Notes under the pieces: model-generated | Databases searched by the model: none | Told to the model about the DNA's origin: nothing | The model's input: only the letters and a program-made list of their open reading frames with translations | Made by a program: the position numbers and the translations under genes | Assembly (NCBI RefSeq): GCF_047606685.1 | Contig: NZ_JASGEC010000060.1 | Location: 9,314-73,313 of the forward strand | Direction of reading: 5' to 3' | Source: Microbacterium sp. | GTDB taxonomy: Bacteria > Actinomycetota > Actinomycetes > Actinomycetales > Microbacteriaceae | Length of the DNA stretch: 64,000 nucleotides | Shown: piece by piece, positions 53,229-61,702 of the stretch | Layout of the letters: each line of letters opens with the position of its first letter | Position numbering within the stretch: the first letter of the stretch is position 1

Positions 53229-54283
53229 CACTCCCCCTCCACCGGGTCGTCGCCACGCTCGGCGAGCAGCGCGTTGAGCGGGTCGAGCGCGTAGAGGCCG
53301 GTCAGGTCGGTCTCCTCCAGCAGGTCGACGGCGACAGCGTGGTCGGCCTGCGCGACGAGCGTCGCGGCGAGCGGGTCGGCGGTGAACACGACGTTCTCCC
53401 ACGCCTTGGCGAGCTCGTCGGCCTTCGGCTCGGAGCCGGTGAGGCTGCCGATCTGGGTGGCGACGGTCTCCTGCGCGGCGGCCGGGTCGGCCTCCATCTC
53501 ATCGAGCGTCGTGAGCAGCCCCGACAGGAAGTCGCTGACAGCCTGCGGGTGCTCGGTGAGGAACGTGGTGCTGACGATGACGTTGGTCGTGACGAACTGG
53601 CCGCCCTCCCACAGGTCGGGCTCGTTGACGAGCACGTGCGCCCCGGCCTCCTCGACCATGCGCGTCGCCCACGGCTCGGGCACCCACGCGCCGTCGATCT
53701 CGCCGGTCTGCAGCGCAGTGAGCGCGACCGCGTTGTCTTGCGGCTGCACGCTGACGTCGCCGCCGCCGGCCTGGTCGGTCGTGTAGCCCTGCTCCTTGAG
53801 CCAGTAGCGCAGCGCGACATCCTGCGTGTTTCCGAGGCTCGGGCTCGCGATGGTCGTGCCCTTCAGGTCCTCGGGCGAGTCGATGCCGTCGCGCACGACG
53901 AGCGCGGCGCCGTTCGCCGCCGCGCCGGCGATGACGTGCAGAGCCTCGCCGTTGCTCTTCTGCCAGCCCGTGACAGTCGGGCTCGGGCCGATGAAGCCGA
54001 TGTCGATGCCGCCGGCGAAGAGCGCCTCGATCTCCTCCGTGCCGGAGTTGAACGTCGCGGTCTTGATCTCGACGTCGTCGCCGAGCGCCTCTTGGTATGT
54101 GCCGTCGGCGAGGCCGACGATCGCCGGCGCGTGCGTCAGGTTCGGGAAGTACCCGATCGTGACGGCGTCGGGCGCATCCTCGGCGGTGGCGCTGCTGGAC
54201 GGCGTGGAGCCGCCCGAGCAGGCGGACAGTGTGAGTGCCCCCGCCGCGACAGTGGCGACGGCAAGCATGCGAATAGTGCGCAT
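53228..54283 (-). CDS. ABC transporter substrate-binding lipoprotein, NMT1/SsuA-like (aliphatic sulfonate type)
   Basis: The lipobox is LTLSAC. Other matches are VTIGYFPNLTHAPAIVG and GEIDGAWVPEPW. The start is at MRTIRML (54283). Confidence 0.85.
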   Translation of the reverse strand: MRTIRMLAVATVAAGALTLSACSGGSTPSSSATAEDAPDAVTIGYFPNLTHAPAIVGLADGTYQEALGDDVEIKTATFNSGTEEIEALFAGGIDIGFIGPSPTVTGWQKSNGEALHVIAGAAANGAALVVRDGIDSPEDLKGTTIASPSLGNTQDVALRYWLKEQGYTTDQAGGGDVSVQPQDNAVALTALQTGEIDGAWVPEPWATRMVEEAGAHVLVNEPDLWEGGQFVTTNVIVSTTFLTEHPQAVSDFLSGLLTTLDEMEADPAAAQETVATQIGSLTGSEPKADELAKAWENVVFTADPLAATLVAQADHAVAVDLLEETDLTGLYALDPLNALLAERGDDPVEGE

Positions 54284-54320
54284 TTCGGTTCCCCCAGGTT
54301 CTCCGGCGTGAGCCGGATCG

Positions 54321-54376
54321 AAAAGACGTAACACACATTATTACCACATGTTTGGTAGGAAATATAGTTAATTGGA
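54321..54376. promoter_or_regulatory. AT-rich island upstream of the ssuABC-like operon, a candidate promoter/operator
   Basis: AAAAGACGTAACACACATTATTACCACATGTTTGGTAGGAAATATAGTTAATTGG stands out in a ~70% G+C context. It lies 38 nt upstream of the SBP start and is shared with the divergent coiled-coil gene. Confidence 0.4.
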
Positions 54377-54512
54377 CGCGGAGCGGCGCGGCACCCTGCA
54401 CAGGCCGTCACGCCGGCCGTGTTATCCCCATTCCCCGTTCCGTGGCCCAACCGTGCCGCCGGCGGTGGCAGAGTCGAGCCATCCGGCGGACAATGGGAGG
54501 GTGTTCGACCTC

Positions 54513-54971
54513 ATGAATCCAGACAACTGGGTCTACATCGCGGCTCTCACCACCGTGATGCTGGGCGGCACGACGATCATCGTCACGCTCACGAATCGGT
54601 CGCTGACGGCGGCGATCCAGGGGGTGACCGGGCGTATCGACGGGATGGAAGGGTCGCTCAACGCCCGCATCGACGCCCTGGACAGCTCGGTCAACGCCCG
54701 CATCGACGCCCTCGACAGCTCGGTCAACGCCCGCATCGACGCCCTCGACAGCTCGGTCAATGCCCGCATCGACGCCCTGGACGGCAGGCTCAGCGGGCGC
54801 ATCGGGGCGCTGGAAGGCGAGATGCGCGGGCTGCGCGGCGAGATGAACGCGCGCTTCGAGGCCGTGGATGCGCGCTTCGAGGCCGTCGACGCGCGCTTCA
54901 CCGCGCTGGAGCACCGCATCGACCACCTCGATCGCGACGTGAACGCGCTTGTCAACCGGGCTTTGGACTGA
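54513..54971 (+). CDS. Small N-terminally membrane-anchored coiled-coil protein built from 11-aa and 7-aa tandem repeats
   Basis: The TM helix WVYIAALTTVMLGGTTIIVTL is followed by 4x (S/L)(V/L)NARIDALDS and then ARFEAVD ARFEAVD ARFTALE. The start is ATG 54513 (GGGAGG 12 nt upstream) or GTG 54501. Confidence 0.6.
   Translation: MNPDNWVYIAALTTVMLGGTTIIVTLTNRSLTAAIQGVTGRIDGMEGSLNARIDALDSSVNARIDALDSSVNARIDALDSSVNARIDALDGRLSGRIGALEGEMRGLRGEMNARFEAVDARFEAVDARFTALEHRIDHLDRDVNALVNRALD
54657..54788 (+). repeat. 33-bp tandem repeat x4 inside the CDS; an adjacent 21-bp x3 repeat lies at 54849-54911
   Basis: The units start at 54657, 54690, 54723 and 54756 and are nearly identical ((C/G)TCAA(C/T)GCCCGCATCGACGCCCT(G/C)GACAGCTCG; the last unit diverges at its 3' end, GGCAGG in place of AGCTCG). 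The 21-bp units GCGCGCTTCGAGGCCGT(G/C)GA(T/C) start at 54849, 54870 and 54891; the third has diverged (GCGCGCTTCACCGCGCTGGAG). Confidence 0.9.
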
Positions 54972-54977
54972 GACCCG

Positions 54978-56225
54978 GTGCGCGCGCTGAGGGACTTCGC
55001 GGCGGAGGCGGAGGCCCTCGACGCGGCCGACCCGTTGCGCGAGTGCCGCGCGGGGTTCGTCGGGTCCGAGGCATCCCTCGTCTACTTCGACGGGAACTCG
55101 CTCGGCCGGCCGCCCGCGGCGGTGCTCGATCGGCTGGGCGCGTTCGTGCGCGGGCCGTGGGCCGACCGGCTGATCCGCTCGTGGGACGAGGAATGGATGG
55201 CGTTGCCGTTCGAGCTCGGCGACCGTATCGGCGCCGCCGCCCTAGGCGCGGCCGCCGGGCAGACGGTGGTAGGCGACTCGACGACCGTGCTGCTGTACAA
55301 GCTGGTGCGGGCGGCGTTTGACGCGGCCGTGACATCCGATCCGCGGCGCCTCGAGATCGTGGCCGATCGCGACAACTTCCCCACCGACCGGTATGTCGTG
55401 GAGGGCGTCGCCGCCGAACGCGGCGGGCGCGTGCGGTGGGCGGATGCGAATGCGTCCGCGGGTGTGGACGAAGCCGCGCTGCGCTCGACGGTCGGCCCCG
55501 AGACCGCGCTTATCGTGCTCAGCCATGTCTCATACCGCTCCGCGTATATGTCCGACGCGGCGGCGCTGACCCGGGTGGCCCACGACGCCGGGGCCATGAT
55601 CCTGTGGGATCTGTGCCATTCTGTGGGCGCCGTTCCCGTCGCGTTGGACCGCTGGGGCGTCGACCTCGCCGTCGGCTGCACGTACAAGTACCTCAACGGC
55701 GGGCCAGGATCGCCCGCGTTCGCGTACGTGGCGGCCCGGCATCAGGAGCGGCTCACGCAGCCGATCCAGGGCTGGATGGGCAACGCCGATGTATTCGCGA
55801 TGGGCCCCGACTACCGCCCGGCCCCCGGCATGCGGCGCTTCTTGTCGGGCACGCCCCCGGTGCTCGGCATGCTGGCGATGCAAGCCACGCTCGACATGAT
55901 CGAGGCGGTGGGGATTGACGCCATCCGCTCCAAGTCTGTGGCGCTGACCGAGTTCGCCGTGCGAATCTCCGACGCGCTGCTCTCCCCGCACGGGGTGTCG
56001 CTCGCGTCGCCGCGCGACCCTGCATGGCGCGGCGGGCACGTGACGCTGTCGCACCCGGCAATGCGCGCCGTGACCGCACGACTGTGGGAGCGGGATGTCA
56101 TCCCCGACTACCGCGACCCCGACGGGCTGCGCATCGGGCTGTCGCCGCTGTCGACGAGCTTCGCGGAGCTCGAGCGCGGCATGCGCGCCGTCGAGGCCAC
56201 GCTCGCCGCCGAGCTTGCCCGCTGA
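54978..56225 (+). CDS. kynU: Kynureninase (PLP-dependent, class V aminotransferase fold)
   Basis: Matching motifs are VYFDGNSLGRPP, LIRSWDEEWM, DLAVGCTYKYLNGGPGSPAF, FLSGTPPVL and PDYRDPDGLRIG. It has a GTG start. Confidence 0.88.
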   Translation: MRALRDFAAEAEALDAADPLRECRAGFVGSEASLVYFDGNSLGRPPAAVLDRLGAFVRGPWADRLIRSWDEEWMALPFELGDRIGAAALGAAAGQTVVGDSTTVLLYKLVRAAFDAAVTSDPRRLEIVADRDNFPTDRYVVEGVAAERGGRVRWADANASAGVDEAALRSTVGPETALIVLSHVSYRSAYMSDAAALTRVAHDAGAMILWDLCHSVGAVPVALDRWGVDLAVGCTYKYLNGGPGSPAFAYVAARHQERLTQPIQGWMGNADVFAMGPDYRPAPGMRRFLSGTPPVLGMLAMQATLDMIEAVGIDAIRSKSVALTEFAVRISDALLSPHGVSLASPRDPAWRGGHVTLSHPAMRAVTARLWERDVIPDYRDPDGLRIGLSPLSTSFAELERGMRAVEATLAAELAR

Positions 56226-56259
56226 CGAGGCGCCTTAGACCCTCTGACAGACTCAGCGA

Positions 56260-56300
56260 CCGAGTGCGCCCAGCTCAGGGGGCCGAGTGCGCCCAGCTCA
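56260..56300. repeat. Direct repeat CCGAGTGCGCCCAGCTCA x2 with a 23-bp period
   Basis: The copies lie at 56260-56277 and 56283-56300. The motif tail (AGCTCAGGGGGCCG) resembles the 17-mer array 260 bp downstream. Confidence 0.8.
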
Positions 56301-56379
56301 CCAGTCCCAAAGTGCGGGTGCGCGCCGCGCGCGACCCACAATTAGTGACTGGCAAGCAGAGGGGCCGGCGTCGGGCGCG

Positions 56380-56465
56380 CGAAGGTGGCGGGTCGTGCCG
56401 CATCAGGCGAAGGGATGCGGCGCAGCGCGCCACCTTCGTTGCGAGGCCGGCGCGCGAAGGTGGCG
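56380..56465. other. Three-arm structured element able to form two mutually exclusive hairpins
   Basis: CGAAGGTGGCG (56380-56390) and its exact copy (56455-56465) are both complementary to CGCCACCTTCG (56428-56438). The first pairing encloses an inner 8-bp stem GCCGCATC/GATGCGGC (56397-56404 / 56414-56421) with a 9-nt loop. Confidence 0.45.
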
Positions 56466-56556
56466 CGGCGGGCTGGGGCTGCTGTTGTGGCGAGGGTCGT
56501 TGCGTTTCGACTCGGGCGCGCTGCGCGCGGCCTCGCTCAACGACCGGGCCCTTCGA

Positions 56557-56641
56557 CAAGCTCAGGGGCCGGGCAAGCTCAGGGGCCGGGCAAGCTCAGG
56601 GGCCGGGCAAGCTCAGGGGCCGGGCAAGCTCAGGGGCCGGA
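56557..56641. repeat. 17-bp tandem repeat CAAGCTCAGGGGCCGGG x5, overlapping the stop and last 3 codons of pip
   Basis: The units start at 56557, 56574, 56591, 56608 and 56625; the first four are perfect and the last ends in A instead of G. The array is preceded by TCGCTCAACGACCGGG (56533-56548), which is shared with 45535-45550. The pip stop TGA lies at 56630-56632. Confidence 0.92.
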
Positions 56642-57613
56642 GGCTGCGAAGCGATCGGTCGCGGCGCGCAGGGCGCGGGCGATGCCCTCCTCCGACGCGG
56701 CGTGCCCCGCGTCATCCACCACCACGAACTCCGCGTCGGGCAGCGCGCGGTACAGCTCCCACGCTGTCATCATCGGGGTGCACATGTCGTAGCGGCCCTG
56801 CACGATGACCGTGGGGATGCCGCGCAGCAGCACTGCGTCCTCGATCAACTGGCCCGGCCGGAACCAGCCCTGGTGTATGAAGTAGTGGTTCTCGATGCGG
56901 GCGAACGCGGTCGCGCCGGCGGGCTCCGACATCCGCTCCACCGTGTCGGGGTCGGGGCGCAGGCTGATCGTCGCCGCCTCCCAGCGCGACCACGCCACCG
57001 CGGCCGGCACGTGCACGGCAGGGTCGGGGTCGCTGAGCCGCCGATGGTACGCCTCGATCAGCCGCGAGCGCTCGAGCACCGGAATGCCCGCGATGAACTC
57101 CTCCCACAGCTCGGGGAACACCGCCGACGCGCCGCCCTCGTAGAACCACTCCAGCTCGTGCCGGCGCAGCGTGAAGACGCCGCGCAGCACCAGCTCGGTC
57201 ACCGCGTCGGGATGCGTCTCGGCGTACGCGAGCGCGAGCGCGCTGCCCCACGACCCGCCGAACACCTGCCATCGCGGGATGCCGAGGTTCTTGCGCAGCA
57301 GCTCGATGTCGGCCACCAGGTGCCACGTCGTGTTGTGCCGCAGGCTGCCGCCGGGCTCGCTCGCGTGCGGTGTGCTGCGGCCGCATCCGCGCTGGTCCAG
57401 CAGCACGATGCGGTACCGCTCGGGGTCGAAGAACTGCCGGTGCCACGGCGACGCGCCCGCGCCCGGCCCGCCGTGCAGGAACACGACCGGCTTGCCGTGG
57501 GGGTTGCCGCACTGCTCCCAATAGACGCGGTTGCCGTCGCCGACGATGAGCATGCCGCTGTCGTACGGCTCGATTGGCGGATACAGGATGCCGTCGAGCT
57601 CGGCTTCGCTCAT
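56630..57613 (-). CDS. pip: Prolyl aminopeptidase (proline iminopeptidase), alpha/beta hydrolase
   Basis: Matching motifs are YPPIEPYDSGML, VYWEQCGNPHGKPVVFLHGGPGAG, VLLDQRGCGRSTP and GGSWGSALALAY (nucleophile Ser). Confidence 0.93.
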   Translation of the reverse strand: MSEAELDGILYPPIEPYDSGMLIVGDGNRVYWEQCGNPHGKPVVFLHGGPGAGASPWHRQFFDPERYRIVLLDQRGCGRSTPHASEPGGSLRHNTTWHLVADIELLRKNLGIPRWQVFGGSWGSALALAYAETHPDAVTELVLRGVFTLRRHELEWFYEGGASAVFPELWEEFIAGIPVLERSRLIEAYHRRLSDPDPAVHVPAAVAWSRWEAATISLRPDPDTVERMSEPAGATAFARIENHYFIHQGWFRPGQLIEDAVLLRGIPTVIVQGRYDMCTPMMTAWELYRALPDAEFVVVDDAGHAASEEGIARALRAATDRFAASGP

Positions 57614-57702
57614 CGTTCTGACTTCCGCATCGTCGTGAAGGCCATGCTTGACAGTAGCGCGTGCGCCACTTCGGCCGCGACGAGGCCGATTAGGCTCGGG
57701 GC

Positions 57703-59418
57703 GTGGAGCTGCTGCTCATCGTCGTGGTCGCGGTCGTCGCGATCGCGGTCGTCACCGCCCTCGCCCAGCGCCTGCGGGTCGCCGGCCCGCTGCTGCTGGT
57801 CGCCGTCGGGCTCGGCGTCGCGCTGCTGCCGTTCGTCGATCCCGTGGAGCTCGACCCGGAGTGGATTCTCATCGGCGTGCTGCCGCCGTTGCTGTACTCC
57901 GCCGCCGTGCGGCTGCCCGCGATCGAGTTCCGCCGCGACTTCCGGCCGATCGCCGGGCTCTCGGTCGGGCTCGTCGTGGTCAGCGCGCTCGCGCTGGGGC
58001 TGTTCTTCTTCCTCGCCGTGCCCGAAGTGGGCTTCCCGCTCGGCGTGGCGCTCGGAGCCATCCTGAGTCCGACGGATGCCGTGGCCACCTCGATCGCGAA
58101 ACGCCTCGGCCTTTCCGCCCGGGTCGTGACGCTGCTCGAGGGCGAGAGCCTGCTCAACGACGCCACGGCGCTCGTGCTGCTGCGCACCGCCATCGTCGCG
58201 ATCGCCGGCTCGTTCTCGCTGTGGAGCGCGGTGGGCTCGTTCGCGCTCGCGGTGGTCGTCGCCGTCGCCGTGGGCGCGATCGTCGGCTACGCCACGCTGC
58301 GGCTGCGCGCCGCGCTCGGCAACTCCGCCGCGAGCGCGGCCATCAGCTTCACCGTGCCGTTCCTGGCCTACGTGCCGGCCGAGCACCTCGGCGGGTCGGG
58401 CCTGGTGGCAGCGGTCGTGGCCGGCATCGTCACCGGCCAGGGCTCGACGCGCTGGTTCACGGCGGAGGAGCGGCTGTCCGACCACGTGAACTGGCGCACG
58501 GTCGAGCTCGTGCTCGAAGGCGGCGTGTTCCTGGTGATGGGGCTCGAGCTCACGAGCATCGTCGACGAGATCCAGCAACAGCACGAGAGCCTGTGGCACG
58601 GCACGTGGCTGGCGCTGGCGGCGCTCGGCATCGTGATCGTGATCCGCGCCGGCTGGGTGTCGCTGCTCGTGCTGACGCAGGGCCGGCGCGCGCGCCGGCT
58701 CAGCAGCCAGCACCGCGAGCGGCTCGAGCAGATCGGCGCCCGGCTCGATAAAGCGGCGGCAGGGCCCACGGACACGTCGCCGGTGCTCCTCCCCGACGAT
58801 CGGCGGCGGCGCGTCGAGACGATGCGCTCGCGAGTCACCCGGATGCTGGCCGACATCGACTACTACGGCGCATCGCCGCTCGGCTGGAAGCACGGCACGA
58901 TCATCGTGTGGGCCGGGATGCGCGGCGTCGTCACGCTCGCCGCCGCGCAAACACTGCCGCGCGACACCGACGGCCGGCCGCTGCTGGTGTGGGTGGCGTT
59001 CATGGTGGCCCTGCTCAGCCTCATGCTGCAGGGGTTCACGCTGCCCTGGCTCGTGCGGCGGCTCGGCCTTGCCGGATCGGACGACGACGAGGAGAGCCTC
59101 GACGAGCGCACGCGGCTGGACGACGAGCTGCGGCTCGCCGCGGCATCCGCCCTGCTCTCCCCCGGGCTCGTGTCGCGCGATGGCGAGCCGTTCGACGACG
59201 AGCTGACGGCGCGCATGGGCACGCGGCTGAGCAAGCGGCCCGACGACGACGACGCCGAGCGCGACGCGCTCGAGCTGCGGCTCTGCGCGATCGCCGCGAT
59301 GCGCACGCGGCTGAGAGAGCTGTCGAGCGACGGCACGTACAGCACGGGGGCGCTGCGCCGCGCGCTGGCCGAGCTCGACGCCGACCAGCTCAGCGTCGAG
59401 CTGCGCCTCGACGGGTGA
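57703..59418 (+). CDS. Na+/H+ antiporter, CPA1 (NhaP-type) with a cytoplasmic C-terminal domain
   Basis: It has about 12 TM helices with GAILSPTDAVA, LLEGESLLNDATALVLL and VWAGMRGVVTLAAA. The hydrophilic tail is ~170 aa. Confidence 0.9.
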   Translation: MELLLIVVVAVVAIAVVTALAQRLRVAGPLLLVAVGLGVALLPFVDPVELDPEWILIGVLPPLLYSAAVRLPAIEFRRDFRPIAGLSVGLVVVSALALGLFFFLAVPEVGFPLGVALGAILSPTDAVATSIAKRLGLSARVVTLLEGESLLNDATALVLLRTAIVAIAGSFSLWSAVGSFALAVVVAVAVGAIVGYATLRLRAALGNSAASAAISFTVPFLAYVPAEHLGGSGLVAAVVAGIVTGQGSTRWFTAEERLSDHVNWRTVELVLEGGVFLVMGLELTSIVDEIQQQHESLWHGTWLALAALGIVIVIRAGWVSLLVLTQGRRARRLSSQHRERLEQIGARLDKAAAGPTDTSPVLLPDDRRRRVETMRSRVTRMLADIDYYGASPLGWKHGTIIVWAGMRGVVTLAAAQTLPRDTDGRPLLVWVAFMVALLSLMLQGFTLPWLVRRLGLAGSDDDEESLDERTRLDDELRLAAASALLSPGLVSRDGEPFDDELTARMGTRLSKRPDDDDAERDALELRLCAIAAMRTRLRELSSDGTYSTGALRRALAELDADQLSVELRLDG

Positions 59419-59479
59419 CAGGCCGGGCTGATCGCCCACCGGCGAGGGTGGGGCAGAATGGGAGAGGCGAGAGGATGCC

Positions 59480-59959
59480 ATGGCCGACACGAGCGGGACT
59501 GTGGATGCCGCGACGCGGCACGCGGCATCCGATCCTGCCGAAACGAGCCCGATCCACCTGCCCCACTCCGCCGCCGACTGCCCGAAGTGCTTCGCCCAGC
59601 TGCAGCGCGATCGCGACTGGTGGCAGGCCCGCCCCGACGGATCGCGCTTGGTCGGACTCGTCGTCGCGCGCGACGGGATGCCGTCGGTCGTCGAGCAGCG
59701 CGAGGACCTCGCGCGCTTCGGGGTGCCGATCGAGGGGTTCCGGCATCCCGCTCCCGAGACGATGGAGTCGTGGGAGGAGCGGCTCGTGCGGCTGTTCGGC
59801 ACGCTGCGGCGCGGCGACGTGCTCGTGGTCGCCAACGTGCACGCGCTCGGGCGCAGCCTCGACGAGGAGACCCGCACCGTGGCGGCGCTGCACGAGCGCG
59901 GCATCATGGTGAAGGTGCTCGGCCACGGCGGGCGGCACCTGTTCGACACCGGGCGCTGA
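59480..59959 (+). CDS. Resolvase-like (serine recombinase catalytic-domain-like) protein, apparently catalytically degenerate, with no DNA-binding domain
   Basis: RRGDVLVVANVHALGRSLDEETRTVAALHERGIMVKVLG resembles the GDxLvVxxLDRLgRs...G core. The position of the YxRVS nucleophile reads LVVARDG, with no Ser. The N-terminus has a CPKC half-site. Confidence 0.45.
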   Translation: MADTSGTVDAATRHAASDPAETSPIHLPHSAADCPKCFAQLQRDRDWWQARPDGSRLVGLVVARDGMPSVVEQREDLARFGVPIEGFRHPAPETMESWEERLVRLFGTLRRGDVLVVANVHALGRSLDEETRTVAALHERGIMVKVLGHGGRHLFDTGR

Positions 59960-59960
59960 G

Positions 59961-60881
59961 TCAGAGCAGCTCGGCCGGGAACCGCTCCGCGAGGAAGTAG
60001 TCGGGCACCGTGCCCACAGAAGGCACGAGCACTCCGTCGAGCGCTGCCACCGCCGCGAACGGCACGTGCTGCATGCGGCCGTCGGCGGCGCCCAGCACGA
60101 CCAGGTCGGCGCGGGGGATCAGCGTGCGCACGCCTTCGGAGAGCGTCGTGTAGGTGATGCGCTCGCCCGCGGGGTTGTCGGCGAGGGTCAAAGTGGCGAC
60201 CAGGACATCGTCGCCCGCGGCCGCGTACGTGTCGTGCAGCACCTTCTGGGCCGCCGTGTACTCGATGGCGTCCCAGCGCCGGCGCATCCGCCCCACCTCG
60301 GCGCCCACGGCATCCGGCCACTCGAACTCGGCCCACCCACTGCCGGAGCGCACGAGCGGCGTGACCGAGACGGGGCGGTCGGTCTGCGCGATCACCTGCT
60401 CCGCGACGCTCGCGACCGAGGAGAGGGATGCCACGTCTTCGGCGAACCCGACGAGCACATGGCCTGCGTCGGGCACGACGATGACCGGAGTGCCCTCGCC
60501 GAGGCGCGAGACGGCGGCCGGGTCGCGCAGCGCGGCCGCCGCGAAGGCGACGGATGCGACCACGAGGGCGTCGCCGACCTGGTCGAGCGGAGCGTCGTCT
60601 TGAGCGCGCAGGTTCGACGCGAGGTCGACGACGACATCCATGCTGACCCCCCACTCGCCGAGCATCGAGGTCGAGACGGGAACGTCGGCGGTCGGCAGGT
60701 CGAGGAACGCGCCGACGTAGTAGTCGGCGACGACGGGCACCGCGGCATCCAGTGCTCCCTGGGCGCCCTGCAACGCGAGCTGCTGCGCGCGGATCTGGAA
60801 CGGAACAAGGCCCAAAGGCCGCGCCGCGAGCAGGTCTCGAGCATCGGCCAGACTCGGGGGGATCTCAATGTCGCCGGTCAC
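59961..60881 (-). CDS. Hypothetical cytoplasmic protein (~306 aa), last gene of the toxin-immunity operon-like string
   Basis: The coding-like composition begins at GTG 60881, preceded by AGGAGG 7 nt upstream. The longer listed ORF upstream is Arg/Pro junk. I did not recognise any family. Confidence 0.5.
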   Translation of the reverse strand: MTGDIEIPPSLADARDLLAARPLGLVPFQIRAQQLALQGAQGALDAAVPVVADYYVGAFLDLPTADVPVSTSMLGEWGVSMDVVVDLASNLRAQDDAPLDQVGDALVVASVAFAAAALRDPAAVSRLGEGTPVIVVPDAGHVLVGFAEDVASLSSVASVAEQVIAQTDRPVSVTPLVRSGSGWAEFEWPDAVGAEVGRMRRRWDAIEYTAAQKVLHDTYAAAGDDVLVATLTLADNPAGERITYTTLSEGVRTLIPRADLVVLGAADGRMQHVPFAAVAALDGVLVPSVGTVPDYFLAERFPAELL

Positions 60882-60919
60882 GGGCGGCCTCCTTCGGTGT
60901 CTCCAGCACAGTAGTCCAG

Positions 60920-61702
60920 TCAGCCCCGGGCAGGCGGCGGCCCGAGCACGGCCATCGTGCGGCGGGCGATCTCGGTCGGCTCGTTCGTCAGCGTCACCTC
61001 GACGCCCGACATCGCCGCGGCCACGCACACCGCTGCCAGCAACGGGCGCACCGCGTCGGGCTCGACCGCCGTGTCGAGCGGGATGCGGACACCGCCATGG
61101 TCGAAGATCACCTCGAACGCGCCGCGCAACGGGCGCGGCGCGGCGTCGCGGAGCTCGCGCACACCGCGGACCCCGAGCACAAGTTCGGCGCGGGCCACCC
61201 CCGCCGCGCGCGACAGCGCCTCCGCCGGTCGGCGCGCGAGGGGGATGTGGGCCGCGCGGTCGTCGAAGCCGACGCCGCCCACGACCTGTGCCCACCGCAG
61301 CTGCACGGCCCCCGCGACGCGCATGCCCTCGGCCGACACCGCGACGTATTCGTCGGCGGAGGCGACCGCGGCGCGCACCCGCCGACGGGCGAGCCAGAAT
61401 CTCAGGAGCAGCGCGGCCGCGGCCGCGCCGAGCAACGCGGACAGAAGGAAGGTGAGCGCCCGGCCGGACTGCGTGAGCGCGAGTGCGGCGAGGATGGCGA
61501 CGCAGACCGCGATGACGGTGGCCGCGATCACGAGCACGGCGGTGTTCACACGCGCGCGGCGACGGGCGCGCGGGCGGTCGAGCGGCACGGCGAACGTCTG
61601 CCCGCGCTCGAAGAACGCGCGCCACTGCGCGGCGTCGCTGGCGTCGAGCGCGAGCGCGCTCAGGTCCGACACGGTCGGCTCCGTGTCATCCTGCCCGCTC
61701 AT
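60920..61702 (-). CDS. Hypothetical membrane protein (2 TM helices plus a ~150-aa C-terminal domain)
   Basis: The start is at MSGQDD (61702), overlapping the end of the PoNi-like gene by 17 nt. The TM helices are VLVIAATVIAVCVAILAALAL and FLLSALLGAAAAALLLRFWL. Confidence 0.5.
   Translation of the reverse strand: MSGQDDTEPTVSDLSALALDASDAAQWRAFFERGQTFAVPLDRPRARRRARVNTAVLVIAATVIAVCVAILAALALTQSGRALTFLLSALLGAAAAALLLRFWLARRRVRAAVASADEYVAVSAEGMRVAGAVQLRWAQVVGGVGFDDRAAHIPLARRPAEALSRAAGVARAELVLGVRGVRELRDAAPRPLRGAFEVIFDHGGVRIPLDTAVEPDAVRPLLAAVCVAAAMSGVEVTLTNEPTEIARRTMAVLGPPPARG

Noticed and set aside
54657-54911. Tandem repeats considered as a possible CRISPR array (also 56557-56641)
   Set aside because: The units are contiguous with no spacers and are only 17-33 bp long. 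One set is in frame inside a CDS. No cas genes are present.
57610-60654. 1014-aa minus-strand ORF spanning the antiporter and neighbouring genes
   Set aside because: Its translation is Arg/Pro/Gly/Ala-rich with no recognisable motifs. It lies antisense to a well-supported Na+/H+ antiporter, so it is a typical high-G+C shadow ORF. Only its last ~306 codons (59961-60881) look coding.
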